From Mantamonas sphyraenae STR306 (lineage: Eukaryota > Protista > CRuMs), in assembly GCA_026936335.1 (NCBI GenBank), contig JAPMXV010000052.1, positions 434,001 to 498,000 on the forward strand: a DNA stretch of 64,000 nt, read 5' to 3'. The notes under the pieces are model-generated. The model had not been told where the DNA came from, made no database searches, and was given only the letters and a program-made list of their open reading frames with translations. Made by a program: the position numbers and the translations under genes. Below are positions 1-11,113 of this stretch, piece after piece; the first letter of the stretch is position 1; each line of letters begins with the position of its first letter.

Positions 1-277
1 GTCGGCGTGCATCTCTTTCTTGCATCCTCTCCGATCGCTGCTCTTGCCGCCGAACACTCACCACCGTGGTGTTGTGGGGGTGACTGGACAGCGTGTTGGA
101 GATGTTCTTGAGCGGGACGCGAGGGGATGTTGCAGCGGATTCCTGATCACTCACCTCCGGGTTCTCGGACGCCACAGGCCGGCTCGTACGTGCAAATGCC
201 TCCTTCATCAACTGCAACCGTTTGCTGGGTGCACTGACATATTTGCGCGTGCGCTTCTTGCCAAACACGATGGACAT
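1..277 (-). CDS. 5' part of an unknown protein with a D-box-like motif (runs off window)
   Basis: ATG at 277 opens a stop-free frame to the window edge: MSIVFGKKRTRKY...PRVPLKNISN...; RxxLxxIxN matches an APC/C destruction box. Confidence 0.45.
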   Translation of the reverse strand, partial: MSIVFGKKRTRKYVSAPSKRLQLMKEAFARTSRPVASENPEVSDQESAATSPRVPLKNISNTLSSHPHNTTVVSVRRQEQRSERMQERDARR

Positions 278-401
278 GGGAGATCGATGTCTCGGGTGTT
301 TGTTTTGTCGCCGATGCGCTCCACATTGATGTCCAGTCCCCTTCCCAACGCAACACAACGCACTGCAGCACTGCAGCCTTTCCCAACATATTCCCACTCC
401 A

Positions 402-1696
402 TCAAAGCACTTGCTCGGGCGTCCAGTGCCTCTGCACGTGGTATCCGTTGGCAAACGTCTGAGCGTCGACCGCTTTTCGACCGGCCACTTGCAGCTTGCT
501 TACATGGAGCACCTGGTCGTCCGCACACTTGACCATGATGCCATTGCGTCCCTTCTCCAGCCAGAAACCTCCCGCCGGCACCTTGTCCATATCTTGATCC
601 AACCGCTCGCCGTCCAGCACGCCACGCATGTGGTGGAACAGGATGCGTTTGTCGTTCCACTCTGTGTACACCCCGACGTTCTCCGCCAACGCGCGGAAAC
701 GTCGAAGCAGATCAGCACCACCGCTGGCCGTAAAGTCCAGCTTGCCGTCGCTCTTCTTCACCTTGGGCGCATGGCATGCGTACTCCTCGTTCTGCTTAAA
801 CCGCTGCTCGTAGTAGACGTCAAACGTCTGCAGCGTCTTAATCAGTGCTTGTGCTCCCTGTTCAGCAAGAAGCTCCTCCAGGGATCTGTACATGATGCCC
901 TTTGGCACAGCCTGCTCGTGTCGTGCATCCTGTGTTAGCCTCACAGCATGGACAAGATGCATTCTTCGCTTTTGCTGTTGCTTACCCTTCTCTCTTGGTA
1001 CAGCACTTCGCCTGCATCGAAGCGTTCTGCGCGATGATGACACCGTGTGTCGTGTCAGCAAACAATCACGTGCACCTCCCACACAGTGCTTGAGGCGACC
1101 CAAACATGGCGCTTGTTGCACATGTTCAAGGCACGCGTCGCTGGTGTGGGCCTGCATACACACTTACGTGGGTCGAGGGTGATGATGGAGACCCCGGTCT
1201 CCTCGTCGCCGTTCAGCAGGGTGTGGTAGATGGGCGCTGGGCCGCGATAACGGGGCAGCAGGGACGGATGCATGTTGATGCCTTTCCAGGGGAGCTGGGC
1301 GAGCACAGCAGGCGGCACAAAATAGCCAAACGAGACGACGACGGCGAGGTCGAATCCCATGCTCCCTCCGCTGCCGCATACAAACGGGACATACCAGTCC
1401 TTAAATCCCTCCGAGGTCGCTGGCATGGAATGCACCGTCAATCCCATCGACAGGGCCTCCACTTTGAGATGGCCTACGCTCATGCGCATGCCTCTGCCCT
1501 TGGGTTTGTCCTGCGGGCAAACGACCTCCAAGCGCCCCACCACTCCCCTCGCTCGCTGCTGCTCCGCATGCAGTGCTCGAAGCGACGCCGCACTCACGTT
1601 GTCCGACCCAAAGAACAGGACGTTCCACTTGGACGGCGTGTGCTTGGCAAACGAGTCCAACTCCATGCGGCACGTCCGCGTGCCGCGTGCAAACAT
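402..1696 (-). CDS. MTFMT: Methionyl-tRNA formyltransferase, mitochondrial type (3 exons)
   Basis: Motifs VLFFGSD, DLAVVVSFG, INMHPSLLPRYRGPAPI, ETGVSII; spliced exon 1026-986 gives RFDAGEVLYQ; C-terminal HAPKVKKSDG and LQVAGRK. Start codon uncertain. Confidence 0.9.
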
Positions 1697-1829
1697 CCCT
1701 TGCCTCGAAAAAAAGCTTTTGTTTTTGTGATGCACACTGTATTTTGCAAATGAGTGCGCGCAAGCGCAGCGAGTACACACAGAGCTTGTAGTGTCAGTGA
1801 CTGCATGTGTGTGGGTTTGCGCACAGACT

Positions 1830-2151
1830 TGACTTACCATTATGCTTCGTCCCAATGGTGGACATGCGCGTGCGCCCGCGTGTTCGCGGGCGCACGCGCA
1901 TGTCCACCGCGTCTCCGCTTGGGACTCACGATTTCTTATCTTGCGCGGAATGAAGACCGCCCAGAAGTGGACCATGATGTTTCCATCACGGCCTGATGAT
2001 TTCCTCCGATGATGGCCAGGGTGCTTTGTCCCTCGACCCCATTTGTTCCCCCATTTTCGTCGATCGCCGTTCAGCTTTTTCCACCTGTGGGTCGCGCTCG
2101 CTGATGCGCGACAACTCGCATCGTTTCTCGCCATTCCTCAATGTCACCTCT
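1830..2151 (-). ncRNA. Candidate omegaRNA region of the Fanzor2 locus (boundaries unknown)
   Basis: Non-coding interval directly 3' of the Fanzor stop with several stems (24-bp hairpin; tgatg/catca 1975-1988; gtcgcgc/gcgcgac 2091-2112; gatgcg/cgcatc 2103-2122). Fanzor omegaRNAs lie 3' of the ORF. Inference. Confidence 0.4.
1857..1908. repeat. Perfect 24-bp inverted repeat with 4-nt loop
   Basis: ggtggacatgcgcgtgcgcccgcg (1857-1880), tgtt, cgcgggcgcacgcgcatgtccacc (1885-1908); outer gtcccaa (1849-1855) and ttgggac (1919-1925) can extend the stem. Confidence 0.97.
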
Positions 2152-4643
2152 TCACTCTGGCTCCTGCAGTTTGCTCCTGTTTGCCTGCAACACTCCAGCC
2201 GTAGCTTGAATGTCCCGCAGTCGCTTCCGTCCGCACTTGCCGCACTTGAATTCCTTCGCTGCTCCCACTGTGTTCACATACCCGCACGCACTGCATGTGC
2301 GTGTCGTCCACGCTTCATCGGCGATGACCATAAAACAGCCATGCTCTGCGGCCCTCTGCTTGACGATCTGCAGCAGCTGATAGTGTGCAGCATTCTCCAT
2401 CATGCGCACCGCGGGTTTGCGCAACGTACGCCGCTTGCCCTTGGAATTCACTTTGCGCACGAGCTTGGCCACACGCAGATGAGGATACAGCAGAGTGTTG
2501 GTGTTCTTGGTGAGCTCGTCAGCGATGTGGTAGTGAATTGCCTTGCGTTTGGCCTTCTTGCGCTTCTCCAGCTTGTGATACTTGCGGCGCAGCCTTGCGA
2601 GTGAAGGTGTTCCACCTCTGTTCTCGATGCGCTCGCGGATGGCCTCTTTGCGCTTCTTCTTGGTGAGGGCGCGTACTCGCTTGGTGCTCCTCTCTCCCTT
2701 TCTGTCTCGTTTCCATCCAGGATGTCTCTTGTCCATTGCACTCTGGATGGCGCTCATCGGCCGATCGAACCGTTGCATCAGCTTCTCGTGGTTGTGCCCG
2801 AGCAGCAACACCTCACCCGCCGTGCTCATGGCCGTGATGAGGGTCCTTCCTCCCGGATCTGCTGCCTTCACGTTGTGGACATCCAACTTCTTGATGGCTT
2901 TGACTTTGACCTCGTAGCACAGCTTCAGCTTGAACTCGTGCAAGTAGCGGTCGTACATGATCCTGACATCGTACCGGGGCTTCCACCTTGCTTTGCCAGA
3001 GTACTCAAACATGCTGGGGAACTTCAAGCCGCGTGCGTCGTGTGTTCCAAGTGGCATCACACTGGCGAAACCGGTCGTTGAGAAGACTGTGACGTGCGAG
3101 ATGCGTGTGAATCTCTGCTTTCCCTTCTTGCTCGCAAAGAACTGGAACAGGTGTGCCTGGAGCGACACACTCTGCTGCCGTTGGTTCCTATTGCGCGTTC
3201 GCAACTTGGGCCACCTGTTCGTCTTCTGGTAGGTATCCCATGCCCGTTTCACTGTCTGTCGAGCCTCTCGAACCCCGTTCCAGAATGGTGTTCTGGGGAA
3301 CTTCAGGTGGCGTGGCATCAACAGCTCGTCCAGTGTGGCCTTGCGCTCCCTCAACTTCAGCGCGTTGGCCGCAAGCTCATTCCCGTCGTTGCTCCACTTC
3401 TCAAGTCGTTCCGGTGAGTACGTGGCCATTATGACCAAGTTGTAACCGTAGCGAGCAGATTCGAACAGACTGTGTAGGAAGCGACGTTGGACTGGCCTCG
3501 GCCGAAAGTTCAACGTTCTGGAACGAAAACGCCTGTTGCTCATTAGATGTGTGTCTTTTGGCAGTTGTTCCAGGTGCTTGCGTTCCAGTCCATCGTCTTT
3601 GAGGTCGTCCGGAATGTCACTGAGCATGTGCTCACTCAGTGCTGCCTGATCGACCTTGAACGGGATGCGCATCGTCTCATCCGGGGGCAACGTGTCCACG
3701 TTCTTGGGCAGCGTAGTTGGTAGGCGCTGGTAGGCACTTGCGAGAGACTCAGTGAATAGCTTTCCAAGCTTGGAATGCTGCTGGCGTTGTTGGTCGTTGT
3801 GCCGCGCAAGCAATGCAGCAACGCCTTCGACCCCAGCCGAAAGCAGGGCCTCGGCAAGGGCGACGGCTTCCTCCACCTCTGTATCGGTCTTTGCGGAGGC
3901 GAGCAGTTTTTCGAGGTTGTCAATAGGGTCGGCAGCTCCGTCTAGGGCGTCTGCGGCAGAGGAGTTGGTGGGTGAGTGGGCGCTAGGGAAGATGCTAAAG
4001 ATGCTGACAGCCGCTGAAGCCCTCTGCAAAGCAGCCAACACATTTACAACACACACACACACACGTACCTTCGTCTTGGGCGTCCTTGTCTGCCTGCCTG
4101 CGCTTCGACTGCTTCGAATCTGTTTTTTTTGTTGTTTCGTTGCTGTGTTGGCTTCAGCTTGCACACATACGGACGCACAGAAAACACTTACCTTTGCCCT
4201 TGCCCTTGCCCTTGCCCTTGCCCTTGCCCTTGCCCTTGCCCTTGCCCTTCTTGAACTGAGCTGCGCGCTCCAGCTGTTTGTGGTTGCGCTTGCGTCGCCG
4301 TTTCCCCTCCCCTTGTGGACGTGTGCTTGGCCCTTTTTCCTTGCGATCCTTGTTGTACGACGCCGCTTTGGTGGCTGGTTTCTCCGTGAGCGTAGAGAGC
4401 AGCTCCCTTTCTTCCTCGTCCAGGAGTCTCGTCTTGTACTGGAGCCCCATGCGACGTGAGCCCGCGCGGGACTCGCTGGTAAGGTCCTCGAGGACGTCTT
4501 CTTCTGGGACGAACTCGTCGCCATCGTGGCTACCAGCGTCACTCGCCGAGTAGGGCGTCGAAGACGAGGTGTTCTCCATCTCCACGGACATGTTGATGTT
4601 TGACGAGGAGGATGCAGACAAGGAGGAGGAGGAGGAGGATGCA

Positions 4644-4686
<43 letters not shown>

Positions 4687-5116
4687 TCGTCGAGGTCTGC
4701 TCTATCTCCACGGACATGTTGCTGCTTGAGGTGGAGGATGCAGACGACGAGGAAGACGCACTCTGCGTCTCGAGTTGTATCTCGTCGCACGTGGGCGAAG
4801 AACGGGCGGAGGAGACGTTGAAGACCGTTTCGGATTCCGCCCGCGCACGCTTCGACGCGTCGTCGGCGCTTGCGCTGCTGCTACGGCGCCGTTTGGACTT
4901 CTCTTTCTTCACCTGCCTGGCATAGCGTGCTTCATCCCTTCGCTGGCGACGGTTGGACCGTACGCACCTTTGGGGCGCATGACCACTTTGAAACTGCGCA
5001 GGTGGCGATTCCGACTGCTCCCTGTTGCCTTCAGAGTTTAAGCGAGGGCGCAGGACAATGAGAAACCAGATCACAATGAGAATGATGTGGAAGTGGTTCT
5101 TCATGGGCACTTTCAT
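2152..5116 (-). CDS. Fanzor2-type (TnpB-like) RNA-guided nuclease, spliced; exons ~5116-4192, 4119-4069, 3950-2152 (~924 aa if ATG 5116)
   Basis: N-terminal core RSRTLNFRPRPVQRRFL...ARYGYN; RuvC-I AADPGGRT (D 2859-2857); LLYPHL; rearranged E in ADEAWTTRTC (2316-2314); Zn finger CSAC...CGKC; RuvC-III RLRDIQA (2214-2212). Introns gtaagt..cag (4191-4120) and gtacgt..cag (4068-3951) are both phase 1 and join ORF 4154..5341 in frame to ORF 2152..4542. Start uncertain. Confidence 0.88.
4194..4247. repeat. (TTGCCC)9 coding microsatellite, poly-KG in Fanzor2 exon 1
   Basis: Direct read of the sequence. Confidence 0.95.
4644..4685. repeat. (GAC)14 microsatellite, Ser/Thr run on the minus strand
   Basis: Direct read of the sequence. 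Confidence 0.95.
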
Positions 5117-5380
5117 TGGCTCTCGTGTCGCCTTGGAACAAGGTGATTGGTGCTCAAGCGTTGCATCAGTTTGCCATGAACCGAGAGGCAGGAAACACGA
5201 AGGATGCGTTGTATCAACGTCAAAGGATGTGTGACAAGAGATTATGGCAATGGCGCTTGCTTTCATGCTCCGAGTGAGGCGCCTAACTTCCGCACGCACC
5301 CAATTGAAAACCCCTGTACGTGTGCGCACGTCAACTGCCACCCCATCCTGGTCTCCATCCCGCTGCAGGTAGCCCTCCTT

Positions 5381-6385
5381 TCATTGTGACCCTTCCTTGG
5401 CCCCACCCACGTCACTGACGCGCCCGATGCTGCTCAAAATCTCCGCACTCCGTTTCACGTTCCCGGCCCCTTCCAGCAGTGTTTTGATGGCCGATGCTGC
5501 GTTCTCGCTTAGGCTCTGCATCATTTTCGACGCTTCTGCGGCCTGACCGCTCACCAGCTCAAACTGGCCCTTCCAGTAAGCTGCTGAGCGTTCGCTCGCC
5601 ACAAGCTGCGCCTGCTGCGTCTGCATCTTGCTCTCGATGGCATCTACCATCGCCATCATTTCCCGGGACTCTGCTTCCTCCTTTTCTTGCAGCTCTTTAA
5701 CCTCTGCCTCCAGTTTCAGGTTCTTTGCCTCGGCAGCGGCCAGCGCCTGCCTCGCTTGCACCAACTCCGCTTTCTGCTGCGTGATTTCGGCCTGCAACAC
5801 TGCCATTAGCCGCTCGTGCGCTGACTTTCGCATCGTTTCTGCCTTCCCCTCATCTGAAGAGCTCGAAAACGAGTCCGAGTCAAAACTGGGGCGTGTCGGT
5901 GCACGTTGACCTGCGGCTCCCGCTGTCCCGTCCTCCTCCTCTTCGTCCCACGACGATTCGGAATCCTCATCGTTGTCCTGGCCCACGGGATTATCTGCAG
6001 TGCTGCTGTGGAGAACCGCAGCCGTGTCCTCCTGTGGCCCACGTTGTACTTGCGTCGTCGTAGTCTGCTTGGCGAATCGCGAAAAGCTAAACTCGTTGCT
6101 GCCCTGGTCGTCGTCCCCTTTATCGACGTCGTGCCGGGTGCGAACCTCCTTACTGTGTCCCTTTCGACTCTGTTTGCTGCTCTTTTTGCTCCTTTTCTCT
6201 CCTTTCCTCTTGCTCGTGTCCTCTGCAAAGATGTCCGGCAGCTCCACCTTCCCCTGCCTTCCCTTGCTCTTGCTCGCCCCTGAGGTGGTGTTCCGCTGCC
6301 CCTTGCTCTTGCCCTTGTTCAGAGCCAATTTGATGGAAAACTCATTTTCGGAGTCGGCATCGTCACCGTCCCAGGAACTGCACAT
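5381..6385 (-). CDS. ENTR1/SDCCAG3-like endosomal coiled-coil protein
   Basis: NEFSFSRF motif, coiled coil, and C-terminal NAASAIKTLLEGAGNVKRSAEILSSIGRVSDV resembling the ENTR1 C-terminus. Confidence 0.6.
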   Translation of the reverse strand: MCSSWDGDDADSENEFSIKLALNKGKSKGQRNTTSGASKSKGRQGKVELPDIFAEDTSKRKGEKRSKKSSKQSRKGHSKEVRTRHDVDKGDDDQGSNEFSFSRFAKQTTTTQVQRGPQEDTAAVLHSSTADNPVGQDNDEDSESSWDEEEEDGTAGAAGQRAPTRPSFDSDSFSSSSDEGKAETMRKSAHERLMAVLQAEITQQKAELVQARQALAAAEAKNLKLEAEVKELQEKEEAESREMMAMVDAIESKMQTQQAQLVASERSAAYWKGQFELVSGQAAEASKMMQSLSENAASAIKTLLEGAGNVKRSAEILSSIGRVSDVGGAKEGSQ

Positions 6386-6452
6386 TCGTTTCCAGTGAGG
6401 TTGGCTCCGGGCTCGCACGCATGCCCACCTCAACACACGCCTTCCCTTTGCC

Positions 6453-9400
6453 CATGGACTCGGCTTCCGTTGTCGCTCTGTTTCCGCAAGATGCCATCGA
6501 GTCCCTGGTGAGCCGCACCGTGGACGAGCTGGAGACTGTGCAGCAGCTCAAGGTGCTTTTGCAGCTCCTGCCAGCTCTGAACGGCAGCCCAGACCCTTCG
6601 ATTGTCGACCAACTGCTCCTCAAGCTGCCCAAATTTCTGTGTGCCGACCCGCCCGTGGCCGAGGCGGTCGACTTGGCTGTACTGTTGCCCGTGGACGCGG
6701 TGACGAGCGTCGTGGAGCCTCTGCTTCCTGACCACCCGCTCCTCTTGCCTCTGGGCGTGGACCTGTCGCTCCACGACCGCGTCTTTGAGCTTGCGCTAGA
6801 CGTATTGTGTGACGACGACACCCCTGTGGCTGTACAAGCAGACGTGTTGGCGTGTGCTGTGCGGCGGATCTCGCCACTGCCACCGCAGCGTGTTGAACAG
6901 CTCTTTGCAGTGTGTCTGGAGCAGGAAAACCACATGATCCTGTGTCAATTTCTGGGCGAATTCAAAGCAACCATGGATCTGAACAGCAGCATCGAGCTGT
7001 GGGCCATGTTGTGGCGAGGCGCTGTGGCTCGTGATCGTTTGGTCCGCAAACGTGCCGTATATGCCATCCGCCACGTCGCAGGCGAACAAAACCGAACAGT
7101 GCAGGTGCTAACGACAATGCTGGAGACGCTGGACGAGCGCACGGTGCATCTTGTGCACGAGCTGTGGCCAACGGTCGAGGATCTCATTCTTTCGGGGGCC
7201 GTCAGTGTGCCCTGGCTTTCCGTGATTGTGCGAGCGTGTCTGCAGCTGGGTCCTCGCAGGAATCGTCGCTTCCTGGCCAGTCGTCTGTGGAGCATGTCCC
7301 TGCCCCAACTCGAGGAGCAGGTGTTTTTCGACGATTTGTGGCCCACGATGAGCGACGTGCACCAGCGCGATGTGAAGCAGTGTGGTCGCTTCGTGTTGGA
7401 GTATGCATTGGCACGCGATGACATTGGTGCGTTTGTGCGTGCCTACCTGCTCAAACTCAGTCGTGACCGAGGTCTCCGCTTTGAAGCGGCTGTGGTGCAC
7501 ATCACGGTGCTCCATCATCTCTGCTGGGACACAGACGTGTTTGCCAGCGAGGCACCTGTGCGTGCGTCCCACGTCGACGAGTTTCGCGCTCTGCTCACCT
7601 TTGCCCGCGACAAACTGCATTTCCAGGTCAGCGGCAGCACGCGGTACGGCGTCAGCGAACCCGCGCAATTGCAATTGCTTGCGTGCGTGCCACGGCTTGT
7701 CGATGTGCGCGACGTCGATGTGAACCGCGTCGCCTCTCTCTTGGCTGTGTTTCCGCGTGCCACAGAACCCACACTACATGACGACATGGCTCGCTTCCTC
7801 GACGAAGCATGTGTGTTTGACGCACAGCGACTGGCAGACGTGGAAAATCCCGAACATTTGCAGGTGTTGCTGCACTACGCCACCTCGGAGCAGGAAGAGC
7901 TGATCCAAGAGGTCCTGGATCCACATTGGCAGCGGCTGGACTCGACCACAGCTCTGCACACAATCACGTGCGTGCAGGCAGGCAGCCACTTTTCCGAACG
8001 GCTGCAAGCATGCGCAGAGGAGGTTGTGGGCCGTGCCAGCGAGCAGGGGGCTCGACTGGATATGGAACACGCCGCGTTTCTGGCCATGGCATTGTCGCAC
8101 GCTCCTGATCACTATCGTGAGCGCGTCGAAGAGCAGCTCGTCGCTCAATGGGTCCAAACCACCGATGGAGACATCCCGTCTGAAGCCATGCTGACAGTTG
8201 CGTGTGCTGTGGCTCCGATGAGCACGCAGCCAGACACGTTGCTGGAGTTTCTTCAGCGAGGCATCTCAGGGCGGCAGAGCAGCACCGCCGTGTCGCTGCG
8301 ATGGGAAGCGCTGGCCAGGCTTGAACCAGACGTGGAGCAGGTGTTGGATCACGCCATGGCTGCGCTGGAGGGTGCACAATGGCACTCCTTTGAAGCCGTG
8401 CTGCGATGCGTGCAATCGCTGTTGCCTCGTGCATCATCCGATCAGGCTGCGCTTGTCCTTCACCATGCGTGGCGCTGTGCCCTGAGCATGCAGTCCCACA
8501 GGCACGCCGTGCTGGCCTCTACCGTGGCCGTCCTCTTCACCGAATCCATTGCCCTCGCGCACCCGCAGCTGCTGTTTGAGCTCGCTGTCGAGGTCATCGC
8601 AGTCGCTGCCTCCATGTTGGGACTCATGAACTACTGGGTCGATGCCATGGTGCGCATCTGGAGGCAACACCCGGAGCTGATGGATGCCTACGCCGAGCAG
8701 CTGTATCAGGCGCTAGTGTGGGCCCCTGAGCGAGCGGCAGCCGAACAGCTCAAAGTCAGCGACGACGTCGAACGCGTGCTCTCGGAAGGCATGGGCCTGT
8801 CCGATCAAGACTATTTTGTGCGCGTGCAGGTGCTGGGTCTTGCTTACGACCAGGTGGGCTCTGACGACGTGTGGACACAGGTCGTCCTCCGATTGCTCAG
8901 CGTCCAGCAGGACCACGAGGATGCACGCGTGGCTCAGGATGGCCATGTGGAGTATCTTGTCAACTCTGCTGCACATCTCCAAAGAATACGTCATTGGATT
9001 GCCCTGAGCACGCTCAAGGGCCGAGTGCAGAACGAGGACGCTGCCACACAAGCCTTTGTCCTCCTGTGGCAGTGCATGGGTCATTTCAACCACGCCTCAG
9101 TGCGTATCTACCAGGAAGACGTGGCGTTGGCCCTTTTGGCACGTTTCCCACACTCCCTGATCCCAGAGTTTGCCACCCGTGTGCTTGCCGACGCCAGCGC
9201 CGACGACACCAGCGAGCAATCCTCAGGCACCGCCATGGCTGGGCTGGTCATTGCGGGAAATCTGATGCTCAGCGATGTGGAAGGTTCCCATCAGTTGCTG
9301 CCTCATGTCGTGGGTTTCATCACGAGCGACCATCGCACATTGCGTCCGTTGGCCCAGCGCGTTGTGCTTCACCTCGCCGATCGTGGCCTGCTGCAAGTTG

Positions 9401-10296
9401 ACAACGACGGTGCTATGGGGCATGTGCTGGCTCACATGCGCGCCACGGCTGCAGAGCTCCAAGGTCCAAGCCACGTCGACCACTTTGTCATGCACGTTGG
9501 CGACGACGTCGACTTTGTCGCCCTCATGGACCGTTGGTTGCGAGTGAACAACCCGAAGCCCAAGGAACACGTGCGTGCTGCCATCATGGAGTGTGTGTGC
9601 TCATGGAGGGCGCCTTCCGAGACGAAGGACACCTCTGCGTCAACACCGGCCGCCTCGTCATCCTCCTCGGGGGCCACCGCCCCACAGCCGGCTCTCAACT
9701 TTCAGACAAAGGTGCGCCCTCTTTTGGAGATGAGTCTGGAGGATGCCAGGTTCCACGAGGGAGCACAGCGGAACAGGGAAGCGCGCAACACCAGTGGGCT
9801 GATTGTGGTTGCCTCGTTGATCCAAAAGGTGCCCAATCTGGCTGGCATGACACGTACCAGCGAAATCCTCGGCGTTCGTGCTTTGGTGCTCCACGATCTG
9901 TCTGTGACGCGCAAGAAGGACTTTTCCATCATGAGTGTGACCTCGGAGCAGTGGGTGGACCTGTGGCAAGTTGCCGAGCAGGACCTGTGTGATTGGCTGC
10001 ACATGATGAAGCGCACGCAAGGGTACACCGTGTGTGCTGTCGAGCAAAGCATGGACAGTGTCATGCTTGGCAGCCCCGAGTGTCTGCTCGACGACAAGAC
10101 CATCCTCGTCATGGGCAAGGAAAAGGAGGGCGTCCCTGTGGACGTCCTTGCTGCCGTTGACGTCTGCATCGAAATCCCTCAATTTGGCGTCGTTCGAAGC
10201 CTCAACGTCCACGTGGCTGCCAGTGTGGTCATGTGGGAGTACACGCGCAGCCGCGTCGACTCTCTTCGTTCTTCAGCGGCCGATTCGCTCGCATGA
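6453..10296 (+). CDS. TARBP1: tRNA (guanosine-18 2'-O)-methyltransferase TARBP1/Trm3 (helical repeats + C-terminal SpoU domain)
   Basis: [53 protein letters not shown]; long helical N-terminus. Confidence 0.92.
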
Positions 10297-10481
10297 CCAT
10301 CACAAATTCCAAAAAAAGGTTGGCCCCATCACCTCCACACTGCTGTTCCCTTTTTCATCTTCCATCCTCCTGCACACACTCTCCCTCGCTGCCCATTCTG
10401 TTTGCCCCTGTGCCGGCTCCTGGAACGTTTCCGGAAAGTTGCAATCCGCTCACCCTTCCTCGCGCCCCCTTACGGCCACAG

Positions 10482-11072
10482 ATGTCCACTTCCGAGCGCT
10501 TCACCGTCTACTTTGACATCAGCATCAACAAGAAGCATGCTGGACGCATCGAGTTTGAGCTGTTCAACGACGTGACGCCCAAGACGGCCGAAAACTTCCG
10601 CGCCCTCTGCACGGGCGAGAAGGGCCGCGGCAATTCGGGCAAACCGCTGCACTACAAGGGCAGCATCTTCCACCGCGTCATTCCCAACTTTATGCTCCAG
10701 GGCGGTGACTTCACCAACTTCAATGGCACCGGCGGTGAGTCCATCTACGGCAACAAGTTTGAGGACGAAAACTTTGAGCTGCAGCACGACAAACCCTTCC
10801 TCTTGTCCATGGCCAACGCAGGTCCCAACACCAATGGCAGCCAGTTCTTCATCACCACCGTGAAAACCGGCTGGCTCGACGGCAAGCATGTTGTGTTTGG
10901 CCGTGTCACCGAGGGCACGGAGCTCGTCAAGACCATCGAGGGACTGGGTTCCCAGTCGGGCAGGACGTCTGCTACCATCACCATCACAGGCTGCGGCGAG
11001 CTCAAGGATGCCCCCAAGGAGCCTGAAGTCACCTACACGGGCCAGGACAGCGGGGGCTGCCTCATCCTTTGA
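10482..11072 (+). CDS. Cyclophilin-type peptidyl-prolyl isomerase with C-terminal CaaX
   Basis: [60 protein letters not shown]; ends GGCLIL. Confidence 0.97.
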   Translation: MSTSERFTVYFDISINKKHAGRIEFELFNDVTPKTAENFRALCTGEKGRGNSGKPLHYKGSIFHRVIPNFMLQGGDFTNFNGTGGESIYGNKFEDENFELQHDKPFLLSMANAGPNTNGSQFFITTVKTGWLDGKHVVFGRVTEGTELVKTIEGLGSQSGRTSATITITGCGELKDAPKEPEVTYTGQDSGGCLIL

Positions 11073-11113
11073 TTGCAACGACATGAACCGTGCCATCCAT
11101 TCCACTTTCTCCT

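Noticed and set aside
1857-1908. Helitron 3' hairpin or bacterial rho-independent terminator
   Set aside because: No CTRR terminus at the expected distance, no U-tract, and a eukaryotic context.
3951-4542. N-terminal part of ORF 2152..4542 (RARARA... frame) as real Fanzor2 sequence
   Set aside because: Non-ATG start, and it reads through two canonical introns; the spliced model using the 4154..5341 frame fits better.
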